DNA from: Polymyxa betae A26-41
Lineage: Eukaryota; Protista; Endomyxa: Phytomyxea
Direction of reading: 5' to 3'
DNA: 58,709 nucleotides
Assembly (NCBI GenBank): GCA_003693705.1
Contig: RBZT01000357.1
Coordinates: 1-58,709 of the forward strand
In this document: piece after piece, positions 53,601 to 58,709 of the stretch
Numbering within the stretch: position 1 is the stretch's first letter
Layout of the letters: every line of letters begins with the position of its first letter
Program-made: the position numbers and the translations under genes
The notes under the pieces: generated by a model
Databases searched by the model: none
What the model was told of the DNA's origin: nothing
Seen by the model: only the letters and a program-made list of their open reading frames with translations

Positions 53601-56600
53601 CGAAGCCGGTACCCGACCAAATCAACATATGACTCTATAATCTTGGTTCTTCCATCAGTAGTGGACTGCTCCAAGTACACACACTAATTGAGGTCAAAGA
53701 TTAACCACAGCTGGGGCCACTAGAAAACGGGATACCTTCAGAGCGTGACAAAGCGACAATGTGTCGATCAAAGTATCCAAGGATGGGAACTGATTTCGGC
53801 ATAGCCGAAGGCACCGAAGATGCGGAAGCGCGTCCAAGCCTTGATCAGCCAGCGTTGTTAGCGCGTTATCGTTCAAATTCACATCCTGGCGGGCATAAAA
53901 TTAGACTGCTATCAACGACTGGACAACACTTTCACCTGCAACTTCTGAAAATTGGAGAAGCATTGCTTGACGACTTGCAGATCGGAATTGGATAGATCTA
54001 TCACAGTCTGTTCAAGGTCTGGTTCTCCATTCTCTAAGCAACTTTGTCGTTCGTGAATGGTCAGATCTATACACACAGCAGCGATTCATTATAGGTGCTC
54101 AGCGATACCGGATCATCGTAACCTAAACGTGTGTCTTCAATCAGATTTGAAGGTAGATTCTGTGCCGCCTTGATTCGTTCTCGGACTGTTATCGGACTGT
54201 TGTCGAGCAAACAGAGAGAGAATGATCTGTGGACGGAAAATCAGATCATTCAAAGTATGTCCAGAGATTAACCTTTTCTCGATGTCAGGCCACTCTTTCA
54301 AGAGTTTGTGCCGATCGCTTCTGCTGGCTTCCGGAAAGCACGGATTTCCAATAATATCGAGAACGCGAAGCTTGAGCAGTTTACTTATAACGCCAACAAT
54401 CTACGTGCACAAATTCACTAGATAGAACCAAACATGACATAAGCGCTGGTACTTTTGGGAATTTTGTTAGCTGGTTATTGTCCAGGTACAAATGCTGCAG
54501 CTCTTTACACGACTCGATACCTGATTTCACCAGCGCATTCGTATCTGCATGAAAAAGAAATATTGTCATGGAGAGTTGAATTACATGAAAGGCATTACCG
54601 ATAAGATTCTGGGACAAGCGCAATGTGCTGAGAACGCTGAAGTCAGACATATTGAATATCTTGAGGTCAAGTTTCGACAGGTCCATTTGTACAACCTCTT
54701 CGCGATCCGGCCCCGGGGCTTGTCTCTCAAAGATCACCGTTTCCAGCGGTGGAGAGGTTCGACGAAACACGCCGAGGTCGAATCTGCAATAAAATTAATG
54801 GGACTCGGGTGGCATAAGCGTTCAGTACCGAAATGACTCGTCGGCATCCGGAACATTGGACAGAATCTCACCGACGCTGACTTCAGAGTCGTCAAGATAG
54901 AGGAGCTTATTGTTGATGCGAGTGAAATGGACACATGCGCGTACGAAGGCGGATCGATATGATTCCGGTAACAAGTTGCCGGATATGGTCAAGAATATGA
55001 GGTGTGGTAGGGCGCTGACCACGCTTACAATATCTATTGGTCAGGCTTAGGTGCAGCACGATTATGACGTCTGAAACCGACCTTGCAAATTGCTGATCTG
55101 ATTCTGGCCCACGTCAAGGACACGTAATTGCGTCATTTTATCAACGTCAACGCCGGTAATACGCTGCAAGCGATTCCGTCTCAAGCTGAGCTTGCGCAGA
55201 TTAACGAATGCGCTCAGCAGGACGATGGCAATGTTGGTGCAGCTCAAGTCGAGTTCTAGCACATGTGTCGCTTCCATTCCTTTTCGAACACGGTGAAAAA
55301 TCGCGGCCCGGTACCGCAAAGTCTCAGCCTGCTCAGGTGCGCCCCCGTTTGCCAGCCAGGAATCGACACGTTCGTCGACCGAGACTGGACTGTCAATAGT
55401 TCTCAGCGTACATTCAACCTGTTTCATTCGACCGATAAGCGCTATCAGTTTCAGACGATCGCTGGCTGTGCGCATGAATGGGTTGCCGCGGACGTGAAGG
55501 ATCTCAAGGGCGGCAATGCCATCGACAATCTCTGCTAACTGTTTCAGCGGCACGTTGATTTTGTTCGATCTGAGGTCCAGCTGCTCGAGTTTCTGCAAAG
55601 CAATTAGATCCAGAATGCCGAATTTTACATCAGTACATAAAACCCTAAAACGTTTGCAATCTATAGAAAGATTCCACCAACCTGAAGTTGCAGGAGACCG
55701 ACAGGAAGAGACGTCAACGCATTAAATGATAGATTAAGGACGACGAGGTTGACAAAAAGACTAATGTCGATGATCTTTAACTCTAAATTCGATACGTTCT
55801 CAATATGAGTGAGGTCGCTAGGCTGATACCTATAAGAGGGTGACATTCAGGTATCTGAACGACGATGTGCTGGGACATTCTACTTACTGCCTCCCTGGCA
55901 TCGATTGCTCATAGCTATAATCTCGTCCAATCAGTGGAGTGGCACATTGCAGCAAAGCAAGATTGGTCCGATATGCATCCAAGTTTATATCCTTGTTGTG
56001 CTTATGGAGTTTGGTTAGACATGACATACGATCAAGGAAATCAATTTTATTGCCTGCTCACTTTCAGTGTTGCTTGAGTCAGGCAATGCCAATCAGATGT
56101 TTACCTTCAAGCACCGAGAGCTTGACATTCTTCAGCAGCAATGCTGTTAGAAGTGTTTTGATGTGCGAAGCATCTGCTTTCGCAGACGTGCGTGCGATGG
56201 CGACCCGCTCCAAATGCACATTTTCTTTCAACTGTTTGAGGGTCGTCCCGATTTTGATCGATGGATTATCGGCCGCATTGAGACATCGTAACCTATTGTT
56301 CGGTTCAGCCCAGGTCAAGAGTCTGACATGTTAGCGAACAGTTTCAAAAGCTGGAGACCATCAATACTGGACAGTTGGTTTCGTGCCACGTTCAGGTTCT
56401 GCAGATTCACAAACTTGGACACATCAATCCGGTCTAGTGATCGTTCAGATAACGATAATGATGTAATCTGATCGATTTTGTGACGAAAGTTGAATGACTA
56501 GATTGTCGTCCACCGACCTTTATTTCGAAGTCAGAAATCGATGTCAGTTGCTGATGGCCATATTCAAGAACCAGGTTCAGATGCCATCGAGCAGCGAGCG

Positions 56601-58709
56601 CATTCCGCTTGTTGCCAAACTCGGCAGTGGCAGCGACCCGTTCTTCAATCGAGATTGGACTTTCGTCAAGCTCGAGCAGACCTATCGTCCTGTTTGTACC
56701 TCGAAGATGCCTCGTGATGTAAATAACCCCCTGGTCTGTTGTCATTTGGCAAAGTATCGCGAACAGATGACATCGAACCAATCGGTAAATTTTAAGGTCA
56801 ACGTTGCCATGCAGCCATAGCCGTTGTAGGCTACCGAGAAGAGCCAGTACATTCAGATTACGATAATTCCGTGATTTTGTCAGGCGGTTGTCGCTGAGGT
56901 TGAGATCCTGCAATAATTGCAATTTTTCTAGCTGTTCCAAAATCAGAGTCAAAAATCGGCCGCTATAATGGCTGGTCTGAACTTTACACCGCAGTTGTCA
57001 ATGCTGGTGAGTTGATTTCCACAGAGGTTTAGACTACGAATATTCACGAATTTGTGCATCCAGATGGCGATCAATCCCTTCGAATGCAGGTCGAGAGCCG
57101 TGATTGCAGCAGCCTGCGACCAAGGGTATTCAGATTATATGCTCGTTCCCGTTTTAGGATTAACGATCGTACGGCGAACTCAAATTCGAACTCTGAGCGG
57201 CTCATGTCTGGAATCTGTTCCAAAGCCAACAGAAACACATTCCATGCGCGTTCATTACGGATTGCCTGAATAACAGTTTCAGTTAATTTCTAAGCAAACA
57301 ATCAAATAAGGGATTCACCTTAGATTTGCAAGCAGCCATGGCTCGAGATTTTCGGGCCGGGTCGATCAACGAGCCATTAATATGTGTAATGAATTTGCAG
57401 TTGAGAAGCAATGTCTGCCAAAGAATGTGATCCGGTAATGGAAATAGCTCATCATCAAATCTAGTTGCATTGTCAACTATGGCTTGGACCCGGCAACTAC
57501 GAACCCTTTGACGTTCAAGATGGGGTTCTCACGGAAATCCAAAATTTGCAGCGATGGTAATCCTGATATGCAATTTACCAGCGCGCTAGCGTCACCGATC
57601 AGGTTGTAGGAGATAACGAGCTGGTTTAGTTTTTTTAGCGTCAGTTTATCCAACCTGACCACAAACTCAGCATTCTCATCAATACTAGGACTTCGCCAAA
57701 CAATTTCTACCTTCGAATGCCCGCCTTTCTTAAGCCAAGGCATTCCAAATTGACGAATGCGTTCAGGTATTTACCGAGATTTGACCGGGTTTTCTTGTCC
57801 AGAACTAATGGCTGTTAGATCCTACGTTGATAATTGACAAAGCGCACCTGTTTCAAGACCGTCCAAGAACAGGAATGTGAACTGAGCTCCATTGATTTTA
57901 CCTTGGAACACGTTGAGCATTGTTTCATAATCACGAACGATCTCGGCCGCAACAAGGGATGACTCAGACTCGATTTTCGGACGAGAATACGCCAAAGGAA
58001 CTTGAAAATATATCAGCGAGCGCATCCAATGCAGCAGGTCTGTCCGAACCCAGAGCTTTATCAGTTTTATCAGCATCTACAGCTTTCTGCCAGGCGCCCA
58101 TATCAAAATTTCGCTCAACGATACCGCCTTCCTGCTCTGCGAAATCAGCAACATCTGGGTGTGCCACGACAGGGATATCTGGTAACGGTTCCGGCAGCGC
58201 TGCCGGTCTCTTCTACGATGAAACTGAGCTGTCAAATATCGAACGGCCAGCTTCCAGACCTCAACACCGATCCCTGGTTCACCCTGTCTAGCAGTCTGCT
58301 CCGGTGATGTCGTACATTCAGTCCAAAACTGATCGTATTGACTCAGCTCTTGGATGCATCGTTGCGTTTTCTGTTCAGTTGTTTCCGGTCCGTGCTTCAC
58401 TGCATATCACATGAATGTTTAAGCAAATGAGGGTGGGAGTATACTGACATGGGAGCAGTACAGTTGGATCCGGAACCAGTTCAGCAATTACGATGAAGTC
58501 GCTGTTGATGATGTGCTTTTGATCAGGATGAAGACACGCGATCACTTGATCTATCGGTTCATGACCGGGACCCTTTGACTCGTAGATGTGGAAAAAGCCG
58601 TTTTCGTCGAGTAACGAACGAAGCAAATTTTCACGTAAAGCATCGTCCCTGGAAATAATGTTGTGATTTGAATGTAACAAGCAATTGTCGGGTATGAGGG
58701 GAATGGGCG
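50650..58709 (-). CDS. Very large multi-exon leucine-rich-repeat protein with a C-terminal polytopic membrane domain; 5' end at or beyond the window edge
   Basis: Many LxxLxLxxNxL repeats in blocks ending in LRRcap-like motifs (LDESPISIEER, IDSPVSVDER, LDNSPITVRER, LDDEPISDDER). Then hydrophobic helices: INFLQMYSL...WP, FLPVARVIMQQFQC..C, VGLPWFF, YLYGSY..RFRYF, RPF. Stop approximate. Confidence 0.8.

Overview
Eukaryotic nuclear DNA from a compact, intron-rich genome (mostly ~45-60 nt GT-AG introns, at least two GC-AG), so the ORF track shows only exon fragments. The organism is flagellated (CCDC40 present). A plasmodiophorid-like protist or other zoosporic organism is my inference, not established. 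Bases 1-~10,000 are a nest of transposons: the 3' end of a Ty3/Gypsy chromovirus; a complete but dead hAT element (14-bp TIRs, 8-bp TSD GTCACGAC); a second full-length chromovirus-type Gypsy inserted into the hAT transposase (207-bp LTRs, apparently non-canonical ends); and a TA-flanked MITE. Bases ~10,000-48,200 are tightly packed genes: an RCC1-repeat/TBC RabGAP, a RecQ helicase, a small secreted His-rich protein, Sec16, a LOTUS/zinc-finger protein, an F-box-like protein, primase large subunit, eIF4E, CCDC40, a class B DnaJ, SMARCC/SWI3, an MFS transporter, 3-hydroxyanthranilate dioxygenase, a full-length ABCB transporter, NASP, a stand-alone glucosidase II beta N-terminal domain protein and a hypothetical gene. 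A second MITE and decayed TE sequence occupy ~48.4-50.3 kb. A >8 kb gene for a multi-module LRR protein with a polytopic membrane C-terminus runs off the right end. I see no prokaryote-style multi-gene system, CRISPR array or RNA gene. The best novelty candidates are unusual protein architectures and the odd LTR element. All family calls are by-eye motif recognition, and spliced-gene boundaries are approximate.
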